Of a stretch of DNA of 64,000 bases, positions 29,376 to 45,255 are shown one piece after another. The notes under the pieces were generated by a model. It searched no databases, was not told where the DNA came from, and saw only the letters and a list, made by a program, of their open reading frames with translations. Source of the stretch: Eledone cirrhosa (taxonomy: Eukaryota); contig OZ024741.1 of NCBI GenBank assembly GCA_964016885.1, positions 124,372,001 to 124,436,000 on the forward strand. Reading direction: 5' to 3'. The position numbers were made by a program, and so were the translations under genes. Positions within the stretch are counted from its first letter, which is position 1; each line of letters opens with the position of its first letter.

Positions 29376-30288
29376 ATAAATTATCGATATTCGGATTTCG
29401 GCCCACGAAATAACGAAAAACAACCTCCGAGATGTGCGGCAAGTGCTCAATGATTCAGATGAACCAGAGCTATAACAAACGTTAAAGGCCAAACACACTG
29501 AGACGATGGTTAAGTAATCATTCGCATAGCCAAAAGAGGTGATCAAGTAATTAAGGTATTGAAAATTTACCCGGACCCATGGAAGGTTGGTAAAATCCAT
29601 TATATGGGTTTCTGCGGCTCCTAAATCAAGTACCGTCCGCTTACATAAATAATGTCAGGCTTCTGGTAAGATGATTGAACAAGGAAGCCACTTTCTCAAC
29701 AGGTTTTAGTTCAATGTTAATACAAGGACTGACTATTGCTGACCCCACGTGGGGATCGGCAAGGGAGGCAACCCCTATATCAGGCGAATGAATTCAGTTG
29801 TGTATATTTTTGCAAGAATGCAAAAACATCACAAATCGAATAGAGTTCTCAACAGAAGGGGTAAAATTAACATAAGCTATTCAGCAGTCAATAATCTTAT
29901 ATATATATATATATACGATATTAAATAAATGGAAATTATATTTATAAAACCATATTTATTTCATTATATATATTTCAGGGATATCATATTAAAAATATGT
30001 TATGCCTTCTTCAGACAAAATACAATATAAACAGTCTCATAAATAAATAGATTCGACATACCTTTCAACTTCGACTTGCATTTGAAAAGTTGATTTGGTA
30101 GTGAAAAATATTATGGACAGTTATAAAAAGAAAGAAAGAAAGAAAGAAAGAAAGACGAAGAAAAAGAAGAAATGCATGCAACTAAATAGAGAGAGATAGA
30201 TATATAGAGATAGATAGAGAGAAGAAATTCATGTAAAGAAACAGAGAGAGATATATAGAGAGAGGAAAAAACGCAGAGGGAGATAGAT

Positions 30289-30360
<72 letters not shown>

Positions 30361-30609
30361 ATAGAGAGATAGATATAGATAGAGATAGAGAGAAAGAAAA
30401 TAGGTAGTTGGGCACCAGTTGGATGACGTATCAATGATATATTTATTTATTTATTTATTTATTTAGCTCTAGTATTAATGTAGAGAGAGATATATGTGGT
30501 TAGGAGAGAAAACAGCCGTTACATAGAGAGAGAAAAGAAAAATATCCAGACATAAACGATGTTTCATCAATGTAAAAATATCAATTCGTATAAATCAGGC
30601 ATTAAGATT

Positions 30610-30788
30610 ATCCCGGGTTCAATCGGGGGTAACCACAGTAAGTAAGGTACTCAATACATAGCAGAGTACAAATATTTAATATAGAAATGGCTTCTACAGG
30701 AGTAGAAATGTTTCGTGCGGGAGAAATCATCACAGGCCTCCTGATGATTTCTCACGAATGAAACTGTTCTAATCCTGCAGAAGCCATT

Positions 30789-30800
<12 letters not shown>
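30610..30800. mobile_element. Fold-back F1 remnant with two opposed degenerate HHRs
   Basis: Arms 30677-30732 and 30742-30796; plus-strand HHR 30735-30785 has a mutated cleavage triplet. Confidence 0.7.
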
Positions 30801-30860
<60 letters not shown>

Positions 30861-31029
30861 ATATATATATATACATACTTAAGGTAAATATTGATGCAGT
30901 TCCATTCAAGCATCAACGTACTTTTTCCACATAAAAGTGACGAAGCATGTGGCCACTGTCGTCATTGAAATATGTATCACAGCATTATCATTAAAGGACT
31001 TTAACATCTGAAACTACTTCGTTTTTTCT

Positions 31030-31108
<79 letters not shown>

Positions 31109-33154
31109 TACGGCAGCTACAACATTCAGTTGAGGCCCAATATAAATATATATATATATATGCGTGTGTAAGTTATACACCTTTATTGAGATAATCACTG
31201 TATTAAGTACACACAGGGAGGCGAACTAAGTTTATTATCAAAAAACTAAATCAACAAGTAATTAATGGGGTTGATTACTGTATGTGTGCGTATTTTAGAC
31301 ACTTAGCGCATTTTGTGGATAACACATCGATCGCTCGTTTTTGTTTTGAACCATTCTCGTTTTACATTTAATAAGGGAGCTTTAGCCGTGAAATATATTA
31401 AGATATACTGGGTAAAAGATTAATTTGTTTTGTTTTATTTGTCATCTTTGCACTTATTTCTATCTCATTTCACTAGCTTTCTGAAAATTAATCAGTTATA
31501 TATTGTGAATGGGTTTATATACGCCGTTACATGTGTATATATTCAGCAGTGATAATTTACATATTGAGATATTTCGGCATGAAAGCAATGCTAAATAGTA
31601 TATATGCTACCTGTTATAATAAACTTCCATGGCTTTATATCGAGATTAATCTACATTGCCATGCGTATTTGTGGCACAGCATACAAGTATCGTACCTTTC
31701 ATACACTAGAGAAGCTATATAATTTTACAGGTTATATACGGATTTATATAAATGTGTGTGTGACGGTAATCTATGTTTTAGAATTCTAGCCAATAACGTG
31801 GATATTCGCAAACGAAAACAGGTAATCAGATACAATTTATGCAGGTAATCCCTACTGATATTAGTATGTGGAACATTCCCAATAGTTTTACTTTAATCTT
31901 CTAGATAATATTCGAAGATTTATATTACTTATATTACGATTGAAGGCATACCAAAACACAATAAAGACAAGTTTATTGGTGAGATATATGTAACGGACAC
32001 ACGCTTCCAGAATATTGGAAACGTTATTGTACAATATATGTATCTTCTTAAATTCATTAAAAAAAATTGCGTCTGAAGTAAAGGTCTGAATGCCTAGAGA
32101 TTGGACGCTTGCAATCCGTTTAACAAGGTCGAGGTTTCAATTCCTGTACCATCCAACATTTGTTTTATTATATGGCATTAAGCATCTGAGTACACCCCAA
32201 TTCCTGGAATGAGACGGCAGGATGTTGCCATCGTAACCCCCAGCGGTTACTTATTTTAAAGTTGAAATCAGCAACGTGAAAAGAAACTCAATGCTCAAAG
32301 CCACAACAAATTCCCTTATGACCAACACACTATCCACTAAGCCCATACTGTGCTCAATCAAAATAAATCAATATATTTTCTCATGTTTTAATAAGCGGTG
32401 CAGATATTTCAACAGCCCGGCTAAAGAAGAAACTTCAAAATATCTGTTTTCCCCTTGGCTCCTCAAATGCAAGATACCATTCCCCTTCATAAAGCTATTG
32501 ATCAAATTTGCAAACGCAGGTGAGATTTCCCATAGCTAATCTTTCCTAAGATTACTTTGTCTGCATTTGAGGCATTTTACGTACCATAAGATGTGTTTAT
32601 TTCTATTCGTAATGACAATAAGCATGGTAAAGGAAATTGTAATTGCTTTAAAGTTACTGGCCACCTGTGTGTATTGAAATGTAACGTCCAACAAACATAT
32701 TTCGCTTTTATTTCATCATATTAACACTGTACATAATATTTCTAAGATGCGGACATTGACATGTCTGATTAACAAGTTTGCTTCACAATCATGAGGTCCA
32801 TGATTCGATTCCATGGCCTGGAATCTCAGGCAAGTGTCCTGTACAATATATTTAGGTTGACATATACCCTGCGGCTGGAATTGGGCAGAAGGGAAAAAGG
32901 AAGGAATCCAGTTGGATAAATGTTGATTGCAATTCTAAGGATCAAGTCCTTTTCACATATACCATTAACATTATTCCGCGTACGAATTACACTACCCTTA
33001 CAAATGTATGTTTAATATTCAACCACATAGAATGTCAAATGTAGGATAGAGGATTGTTTTTCGCAGAGTTCCTCTTGTCTAATACTTTAACATAGAAGCT
33101 TTAAATGCCGTCCTGCAGAATTGAACTTTTCCTTTTATTATTCCCTTAGCTACG

Positions 33155-33365
33155 GGCAGTGGATTGGCTGTATCACTAGAGTGTAGGACAACATGCTTTG
33201 TGACATATAGTTATGGCCCTTTACGTTCAATGTTCAAATCCCACCGTGGTTAGCTTTGCCTTACAACCTTACGGGGTAGATACTAGAAAGTACCAGTGGC
33301 GCACTGGAGACGATGTAATCAACTTACTTTCTCCTACCCTTTAAATTGCTAGTCTTGTGCCTAGA
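33155..33365 (+). mobile_element. tRNA-derived SINE S1
   Basis: 'gttcaaatcccacc' B-box, 'agctttgcctt...aagtaccagt...cactggagacgatgtaatcaactt'. Confidence 0.65.
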
Positions 33366-33729
33366 GCATAACACACTATTACTGTAGCTATAAAACAAAG
33401 TTCCAGTCGTCAAACACTTCAGAATATTTTATCGACTTAGATATCCCCCTCAATCTCTAACATTTTATATAGAAATCGCCAGTTTCACATGTTCTACGGT
33501 CAATATAAGCAAATATCCGAGTACTGTGATATGCTGGCCTTGTGCCTAAATTCAAATCAATAATTGATGATTCCGTTTCTACAAGCGAGTCAGCAAAGAG
33601 GCTACATGTCTTGCAGATGTTCTTACTCTTTTTCAATAATTGTCCTCGGAATACAAGCTAGTACTAATATTGGTATGTACATGCAAGCAAACGAGACTGA
33701 GCTAGTGGGAAAGTGATAGAGTATATTGG

Positions 33730-34032
33730 TGATATATAGGGTTTGCACCTAGAAAGTTCCCTCTCCGAGGCACAAGTGCGGCAAAGGTTGTTTGTGAAAG
33801 ACCAGCAGGCACCCATGCATACCAGTCCCTCCTCTCCACGCCAGTAATGTTGTCCATGGTAAAGGCAAAGACCGATACAGCTTAGCATTAGTGATCACAA
33901 CTCATTTTTACAGCTGAGTGAACTGGAGCAACGTGAAATGAAGTGTCTTGCTCAAGAATACAACGCATATTCCGTTCCGAGAATCGAACTCAAGATCATA
34001 AGCTCAACGCTTTAAACACTAAGCTGAGGGCC
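33730..34032 (-). mobile_element. tRNA-derived SINE S3
   Basis: Minus strand 'ctcagcttagtgtttaaagcg...gagttcgattc...ttgagcaagacacttcatttcacgttgctccagttcactcagctgtaaaaatgagt'. Confidence 0.7.
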
Positions 34033-34033
34033 T

Positions 34034-35305
<1,272 letters not shown>

Positions 35306-35307
35306 AA

Positions 35308-35908
35308 TCAGGTCACCAGTTGGTGCTACTGGTAACATGTATCCCAGTATACAACCTGTCTCATGGTCGGGTCGTTGGCGACTAAACTGGCAAGGTTTCT
35401 TGGTGAGGAGAGTGACTTTGGACATCCTGCGGGACTAAAAACAAAACCCGTCAAAGGGCAAAGGAGCTCTTAAGAGTCAATGGCCATCCAAAATCACCGG
35501 GAGAGATGACCCCTTAGCCTTTGTCAAGGCAGAATTCTAGGAGAAGGAAAACTCTGATATAACACCTGCAGCTCTGATGGTATCCAATGATGTTGACTTG
35601 TTCTTCTTTTTGGTAAATATCATCTTGGTTAAGAGAGTGGGACTGGCTTTGTGCAGTGCCTTTACTCACTATAAAAGCTTCACGCCACAGGCATTGCATT
35701 ATATCTGGAAATCTCTCTGCACTTGTCGTCACGTGGTACCACGGGCCCAGCACTATGTGTCAATAATTGTCACAAGTGTAGTGTTTGTACCAGAGTTTTC
35801 AAGTCGCTGGCTGGACTAAAAAGTCACACTTGTTTAGCGCATCGGTAGGGGTTCTCCTACATGGATATAAAGTAGTGGCCGTACTCGAAAACGAGTTGGC
35901 AGCCACCA
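35308..35908 (-). mobile_element. Family X repeat, copy 3
   Basis: Reverse complement of 7878-8485 with the same termini. Confidence 0.8.
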
Positions 35909-37214
<1,306 letters not shown>

Positions 37215-37377
37215 TAGTATATCTACTAACATATATATACAGATGCATACTTATGCCAGCAAATATATAGGTTTTGTCTTCGTAACTTTGTGGTTCAATG
37301 CATGTGGATGCAGAACAATAATATGAAAGACGTAAAATAAGAAGATTATAAAAATTAACTTACTTACTAAAATTTCA

Positions 37378-37456
37378 CTCCAACTAATTAGTTTCTGAAA
37401 GCGAATAAACATAGTTTCCGAAGAAACGTACGGAGAAGCATTTCGTTATCAGGGAA
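37378..37456 (-). ncRNA. Degenerate hammerhead (F8)
   Basis: Minus strand: ttcc-CTGATAA-long stem II-GAAA-CT/AATT/AG-TT-ggag; G8A without a compensating change. Confidence 0.55.
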
Positions 37457-37479
37457 GTCTATTCTCAGCTAAGTTTCCA

Positions 37480-38040
37480 GGCGATGCGTGGCCACAGGAA
37501 ACTTATACAAAAATAATTCAGTGGATGGAAAAAATTGTGTTTTACTATAAAACGTTGTCCTTCTTTGAAATAGAATGAACCAAATCCTACGAACACACGA
37601 TATCATAAAGAGCAAAAGACAATCTAAGTCAATGGAAAACATCCTAACACATGCCAAAGTACTGCCAACCACAACAACGAAACCCACAGTAAAAAAAATG
37701 CGATAGACCCAACTGTGGCATATGCATCAACCTAATAGAGGGTTCGGAATTCTATTTCAAAAAGGACAACGTTTTATTATAAACCACAATTTCACATGCG
37801 CATCAGAAAATCTAATATATGTATTACCTCGCTCAGGTTGTCGAGAACAATACATAGGCCAGACCAAAAATAGCCTCCGCCAACGCATGACTGTCCATAG
37901 ATCCCAAATTAAAATACGGGAATACAGAAAAATACCACTGAGTGAACACATTGATACATGTGCCACCCAAAATCATCCCAACTTCAGAATCTTTCCCCTC
38001 TACAAATTTAAAGATAATGCCACCCACACCCAGCGCATCA
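37480..38040 (+). pseudogene. PLE (Neptune-like) zinc-knuckle plus GIY-YIG fragment
   Basis: KCDRPNCGIC in an adjacent frame, then FTCASENLIYVL...GCREQYIGQTKNSLRQRMTVHR. Confidence 0.85.
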
Positions 38041-38636
38041 TTGGTAGTGTTGTTAGTGTTGTGGTCAGCTTATATCATATACATGGAAGAACCCCCCCCC
38101 CCCCACCAGCACCACCACTACTATGATGATGGCAAGAGGGAGGAAGAAAAAACACACACTGGATACTTCTAAATTGTTAGCAGCAGCAAGATATAAGCTG
38201 ACCACAACACCAACAACACTACCAAAATAATGGTAGAGGTCAAATGTACTGAACAATAGCTAGCAAAAACACTACAGGGAGCCTCACCCCAGAAATAATT
38301 CTATAGGCTTCTGACTGAGGAATGCTCTCAGAACTGACCAATGGGAAGTTTGACACTTTCTTTGTTATTTTGTTCCTTTAACACCTTGTCCCTTCTACCA
38401 TTTTATCAATTTTTTAAGCTAACTCCAACAATAACAACACTTAGAATGAGGAATGTTCTAATAACTTACCAATGAGAGGAGAAGAGGACCTTTGACACTG
38501 AAATTCGTTTGTTTGAATTTATATGACTCCAGTTCCTCATTGAAATAACAACCCAACAAGGAACTGGGCATATCAGAGTATTGACAATATTATACACTAA
38601 ACAACATATGTACTTGTCTATACCATACTAATTCAA

Positions 38637-38691
38637 ACTGCCTGAAGAGGTCACAGCCAAAGATGGCTGTCACTGAAATATATATAGCAGT
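38637..38691 (+). ncRNA. Type I hammerhead ribozyme (F7, second copy)
   Basis: actgc-CTGAAGA-stem II-GAAA-TATATA-TA-gcagt; perfect stem I. Confidence 0.85.
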
Positions 38692-38763
38692 AATAAACGA
38701 AGCTAAATTTTAATCATTTGACTTTTATTTAACTTTATTTTATATATTTATATATATATATAT

Positions 38764-38846
<83 letters not shown>

Positions 38847-38847
38847 G

Positions 38848-38880
<33 letters not shown>

Positions 38881-38887
38881 TGATATA

Positions 38888-38938
<51 letters not shown>

Positions 38939-38952
38939 GATATATATCTATA

Positions 38953-38996
<44 letters not shown>

Positions 38997-38997
<1 letters not shown>

Positions 38998-39135
38998 CGA
39001 AGGAAATGTGGTAAGGAACCAGGTGGACCATAACGCACCAAAGTACTCAATACTTGAGGTAGTAGATTGGGTAATAGGAACCAGTAAGACCCCGACAGCT
39101 GAGCTCAAGCCGTTTCGACGGCTAATTCTGGACTG
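38997..39135 (-). mobile_element. Naiad-3 tail remnant
   Basis: Near-identical to 26555-26697. Confidence 0.8.
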
Positions 39136-39150
39136 CTAATACATGATATA

Positions 39151-39218
<68 letters not shown>

Positions 39219-39230
39219 TATATATATATA

Positions 39231-41548
39231 GGAGGAAGTTATAGTTCACTTGAAGCATTCTTTAATGAGGTATAAACGTTTGTATATGTATAATAAGCCA
39301 AAACAATGCAGGTATGGACATAGAATAAAGAATGCAAATGCAAAAGATATTGTTGACAATTAGTCTTTTACCTTAGATTTATTTAAATGTACTTAATTTT
39401 AGAGATAATATCTCTTCTTCGGAGGGAAGTAAAGCGGTTAAACCAGTGTTCTAAATAGCTTGCCAAGACAGGAAATGGTATAGAGTATCTGTTCTACCTC
39501 TAATGTCAAAGAGTTAAGGTTAGGTGGATAAAGAGTAGTCTCGCTTTAAAATATTTTTTTTGTACATGCCTGTTTAAGTGTGAGAGAATGTGGGAGGTGT
39601 AGGTATGTGTGTGTGTGAGAGTGTGAGAAGATATGTCTATACGTATATATGGGGGATAGATGTTATCTCTTGTTAGAACTGGTCTTTGTGTGTGTATGTG
39701 TGTGTGTGAGAGAGAATAAGTGGAGGTGTAAGCGTGTGTGGGGGGTCGTGTGTGGGGGGGGGGGGCGAGGGGGTGTAAATATGGGGCTAGATGCTATATC
39801 AAGTCATACGTAGACTACACCAACTCAAGCCAGAACAACTTACACTAAATAGATACGCCTTTAGCCTCGACGCTGTCTCCCTCTACATTACAGTCCCCGC
39901 TCATCCAGCTGTCAACTTATTGACGGAATGCGTGGTCGCAGAGGACATTCACGGATACGGCCTCCTTCCGACGGACATACACCAGTTTTTGTCCTTCACA
40001 GTGGACAACACGTACTTCACCTTCCACCACCACACATTCAGACAGACAACAGTATTACCCATGGGATCCAGCCTATCGGGCCTGCTGGCCATCACCTATA
40101 TGAACCAGCTAGAATGCCGAGCCCTCAACATCTACCATTCCTATACCTTCTTCACCCTATATGTAGATGACATACTCATCCTTACATCATGCCGTGAGGA
40201 GGCGGATAAAATATACACAACATTCTCCAGCATGGATGCCAGTATAAAGTTCAGCATGGAACACCCCGATGACCGCGGATCCCTATCCCTACTGGACTTC
40301 CAACTCAGGGTAACAGAGGAAGGCAATATCCACACTTGCTTCTATAAAAAAGCCGCCAGCAGGGACCTGTTCGTACATTTCAGATCGGCCCTCCCAGCCA
40401 GCGCTAAGTTCGGATACATAAGGAACGAACTAACACGTATCCGGAACAAATGGACACACGCTAGAGACCGAGACACACACACCACACATTTCCTGGAAGT
40501 ACTCAAACTGAACGGATACACGACATCCACCACAAACCGTGCCAGAAAGAACAGAGGACACTAAACCCGAGGCACTAACACTTGCTTCCTGAAGCTCCCA
40601 CACTTCAGAGACGAAACAACAACAGCCATCTGCAGAACTATCAGACGAGAGGGACTAGATATCCAACTGGCCCACTCAGGTCCTTCTCTGCGCGGACAGC
40701 TAAGCAAAAGACACTCCACCAGACATGACATCTGCTGCAGCTAGCCAACTGCCCCATCAACGACACAGACCTATGCTACCAGGCTTACGTCGTATACAGA
40801 CTAGAGTGCGACAATTGCAGCAACTTCTACGTAGGTAGCACCACCAGACCACTCCACATAAGAATACAAGAAGACCTCAATACAAACTTTTCCTCATTTA
40901 AGAAACACCTAGTTAAATGCAAAAACACCGAAAAAACCATCACAGTTAGGATAGAAACTAAGGAAAGAAACCTCGGCAATCTTAGAATTAAGGAAGCACT
41001 AATTATAGACAAAACACAACCACTAATCAATAATAGACTAGAACTCAACACCCAATTTATAACTTGATATAGCATCTAGCCTCATATTTACACCCCCTCC
41101 CACACACGCGCACACACACACGCACACACACACACACTCCCTCCACTTATTCTCTCTCCCACACACACATACACACACAAAGACCAGTTCTAGCACGAGA
41201 TAACATCTATCCCCCACATATACGTATAGACATATCTTCTCACACTCACACACAAACACACACACACATACTTACACCTCACACATTCTCCCACACACTT
41301 AAACAGGCATGTACAAAAAAAAACCCTTTTAAAGGGAGACTACTCTTTATCCACCTAACATTAACTCTTTGACATTAGAGATAGAACAGATACTCTATAC
41401 TATTTCCTGTCAGCATGACTTGGCAAGCTATTTAGAGCACTGGTTTAACCGCTTTACTTCCCTCCGAAAAAAATATATTATCTCTAAAATTAAGGACATT
41501 TATATAAATCTAAGGTAAAAGACTAATTGTCAACAATATCTTGTGCAT
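39231..41548 (+). mobile_element. Penelope-like element P1, second copy, with inverted 5' segment
   Basis: 39231-39803 is an inverted 3' UTR and tail; 39804-41548 is direct; homologous to 13350-14819. Confidence 0.9.
39804..41067 (+). pseudogene. PLE-P1 reverse transcriptase plus GIY-YIG (disrupted)
   Basis: SLDAVSLY, LPMGSSLSGLLA, YVDD, KFSMEH, FYVGSTTRPLHIRI. Confidence 0.92.
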
Positions 41549-41607
41549 CATATATATATATATATATATAAACGGAAAAAATGAAACGAAAAAAAAAAAC
41601 ATACTTA

Positions 41608-41661
<54 letters not shown>

Positions 41662-41663
41662 CA

Positions 41664-41705
<42 letters not shown>

Positions 41706-42761
41706 ATTGAGCTGTTATACATATTTCAATGACGATTGTTATCGTGATTTCTTCAGACAGCAAAAATTGATTAAAAGGTAACATTTCCGAGGCAATCTTC
41801 GGTGGGAGGGAGCGGACTAAAAAGAGTGTGTTTTGCTTGGAGCGCCCGCTGGCTTCTAATTTTCAGAACATCCCGACAGCCCTGCTAAGTCACAGGGGTG
41901 TGGGTGGCTGACCACTCGACAAAAACCCAGAATACCACCAACATTATGTGTTCTCTCTATTTACCAGTCCCCCACCTCGGCCGGCAACTCTTACGGGAGT
42001 CAGAACAAGTTAATATCCAGCTGTGGAACAAATCCCCAATAAGAATATACACTTTGCCAGTTAGATTTTTTTTCTTAGCATAATGACTGTTGTATAGCTT
42101 TCCGGACTTAACGTGTGAATTCTAGAATTTGCGGGTTACTTTCTATAATTTATATTAACCATAGGAATTGATGGTCTGTATATTATCCCGCCATAAACGG
42201 GCAGCGGATACGAACGCACTAAAACTTACAGGACATCAAAGCTAGCAGTAAATAAATTTCGGCTGGTCTGAAATCCAACTGACCGTATAGAGACCGTATA
42301 CAGTGGTCGGCCCAATATATAACTGACCAGGAATACTTTTTGTGAAAATTAGTCATATGGAAATATTGTCATCTTGTCTGACGGTTTGAACTTTACAACA
42401 CCACCTGCCTCTCTGAGGTCAAATACCAACCCCACTTAAGCAGGTAATCAAGAGTGTTAAGAGGGTTGATCTGGTAATGAATTCTTTATATGATTGTTAT
42501 AGCCTGTGTGTGGAGAAATAATATAAGTATTAAAAATAATGTAAGCATTAAAAATATTGGAAATGCGTAGCGAAGCGATGATATGGATTTCATGCACTGC
42601 GACATTTTCATAGTCTGGGGAGCGTACTTTTCAGATTATATTGCCCTCACATAATCCACGACGATTCGATATTGGGCGTTTGACAATCCAGTTAGAGAAT
42701 CGTAGTCTGATGTTCTTTAGCTCAATACAGGAAGATGTTACGTTGTATATATATATATATA

Positions 42762-43050
42762 TTAGAAAGTTAGGTTTTTTTTACAAAATGAAAAAAAAAC
42801 GAGGTGTCCTACACGAGTGAAAGTATAAGGAAAAACGATGAAATCGATAATACAACTGGAATCTTTTATTTTTAAACATATATTTATTTGGTTCCTTTAC
42901 CAGTTTCGCAGTTCTTCAGCTTTTCAAAAGTAGAATTGAGATGGAGGGTTTGTGGCCAATTTGCCGGGTTTCTTGGAGAGGCATCAACAAACAAGAACCA
43001 GGCAGACTACCAACACTGCCAATATCAAAGACTAAATATAGGTATATAGG
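42762..43050 (-). mobile_element. F13-family terminus remnant with degenerate HHR at 42894-42931
   Basis: Homologous to 59481-59675. Confidence 0.75.
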
Positions 43051-43072
43051 AATAAATATATATATTATATAT

Positions 43073-43225
43073 AACGCAGGAGGTCTTGTAAGGAACCAGT
43101 TGTACCATAACGCACCAGAGTACTCAATTCTTAGGGTAGAAGAGTGGGTAATAGGAAAATGTTTGACCCCGACGGCAGAGCTCAAGCCGTTTCGACGGCT
43201 ATTTCTGGACTCCAGAAATAGCCGT
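43073..43225 (-). mobile_element. Naiad-3 tail remnant with terminal snap-back palindrome
   Basis: Homologous to 26555-26697; ends in 'acggctatttctgga-c-tccagaaatagccgt'. Confidence 0.8.
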
Positions 43226-43243
43226 ATATATATATTATATATT

Positions 43244-43282
<39 letters not shown>

Positions 43283-43894
43283 TAATTAAAATAACAGATT
43301 AAAGTTTAAGCAAAGAATTGCTGCTTTCACCCTTAACGGGATCTTCTGAGACTAATAAAGTCCTCTGCGCTGCTGAGGTCCTGGAAATACTCTACGCCAA
43401 AGACCACAACTTAAACAAAAAGTCTGAGGCAATTTCGGCTTGTAAACATAAATTGCACAAAACTTTCCTGTATTACAGCCCCACATTATACTCTAACGGA
43501 TGGTACGAACTATACGCGGATATTTTACGTCTTGATGTGGTAGCTAAGTATATGTTATGTTTATACCATTACTTATTTGTATAGGTAAGTATATATTACC
43601 TGTATGATTTGTGAAGGTACGTATACTTCCTCGTACCTATATTTGATTGTATATGTTATGGCGTATATATTATATATTCTGGTACATATGCTTTTGGTTA
43701 TGTGTATACGTGAGTTTTGCGTTTGTGTGAGTATGCGGGTTCGTACGTATGTACGGTGTGTGTATATGTGTACTTCGTGTTTTGGTTGACGTTCGTCTCC
43801 GAACATATGTGTATTTACATGTAGGCATGTGTGTGCTTTTGTTATATACGTATTTATTTACTTATATACGTTTATTTAATTATATGTATACACG

Positions 43895-44042
<148 letters not shown>

Positions 44043-44311
44043 TGTGTGTGTCTGTGTGTGTCTGTGTGTGTGTGTGCGTGTATAATCATATCTCATTTTG
44101 TTTGACCCCTTTAGCTTTTTCGCTTTTTTGGCTATGGTGGCTATGTCTTCACCACCGTCTCAGCGTGTATGACCATTTTACATTATGTGTAGAGCTCTGC
44201 TATTCCCTCCATATGCATGGAGCGCTTGTCTGCTTATTATTGAAGTTGCGTTTCGCTAATTTCTACCCGCCGAAATACGATTCTCGCTAAATTCTCCCCC
44301 TCTCTCTCTCT

Positions 44312-44429
<118 letters not shown>

Positions 44430-45050
44430 ATATACATTTATATATATATATAATTGTATGTGTATTTGGTGTATACATTCATATGCGTGCGGGTCAGGCG
44501 TTGCGTGGGTTCTGTATGTGCGTGGGGGTTTTTTTGGGGGGAGGGGGGTTTGTGTACGTGCGTGTATTTGTATACATATGGCGAGTGTTTTCGCGTGTGC
44601 TTGTGTATGTACGTATATGGATGCGTGTATGTATTTATTTAATTTCAATTACCTCTGTATTTTATTTACTTTATTCTTAACTCTGAAGCCGAGAATCATT
44701 CGGTTTCCTAGTTAGAATTTTACTCTACCACTTCAGTTAAACCATTTACGTGGTTTTGTCTTTGCGTGCAATTGTTCTCCCGCTCCACTTATGACGTATT
44801 ATACTTGTTTTTTCCGTTCATTGCCAGAGAACGTCTCTATGAACCACCTACGACTTCATTTATACCATAAACGTGGTTTTGCCTTTGCGTGTAATTGTTT
44901 TTCACCACTCCAAATAATGATGTATTATATTCGTTTTTTCCCGTTCTTTGCCAGCGAACGTTTCCACGAACCAAAGTATCGTCTTCCTGTCTTCTTCCGG
45001 TTGCAACGTTTTTGAAATTTTCACTTCTGCGTTCACAGATTGACTTTGTT

Positions 45051-45101
45051 AGTTTCAGAAGATCCCGTAAAAGTGGAAAGCAGCGATTCTTTGTTTAAAC
45101 T
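45051..45101 (+). ncRNA. Hammerhead-like F9 (U4A core), upstream pLTR
   Basis: agttt-CAGAAGA-...-GAAA-gca...-aaact; partly degenerate. Confidence 0.55.
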
Positions 45102-45255
45102 TTAATCTGTTATTTTAATAAATATTTGCTCAACGGTTCTTATATATTTTATATATATTTATCCTTATCGAGCCCTCTTTGGATTTTAGTCTTCAAATTT
45201 ATTATTATTACTATTTGGCTCCCTCGGTTGAGCACTCTATTGACTTATATTCATC

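Noticed and set aside
29380-29900. Possible HHR in a TA-flanked island (minus strand GAAATC...GATA)
   Set aside because: No convincing core or stem I could be assembled
41720-42745. Unique moderately GC-rich kilobase
   Set aside because: No ORF, repeat copy or RNA motif recognised
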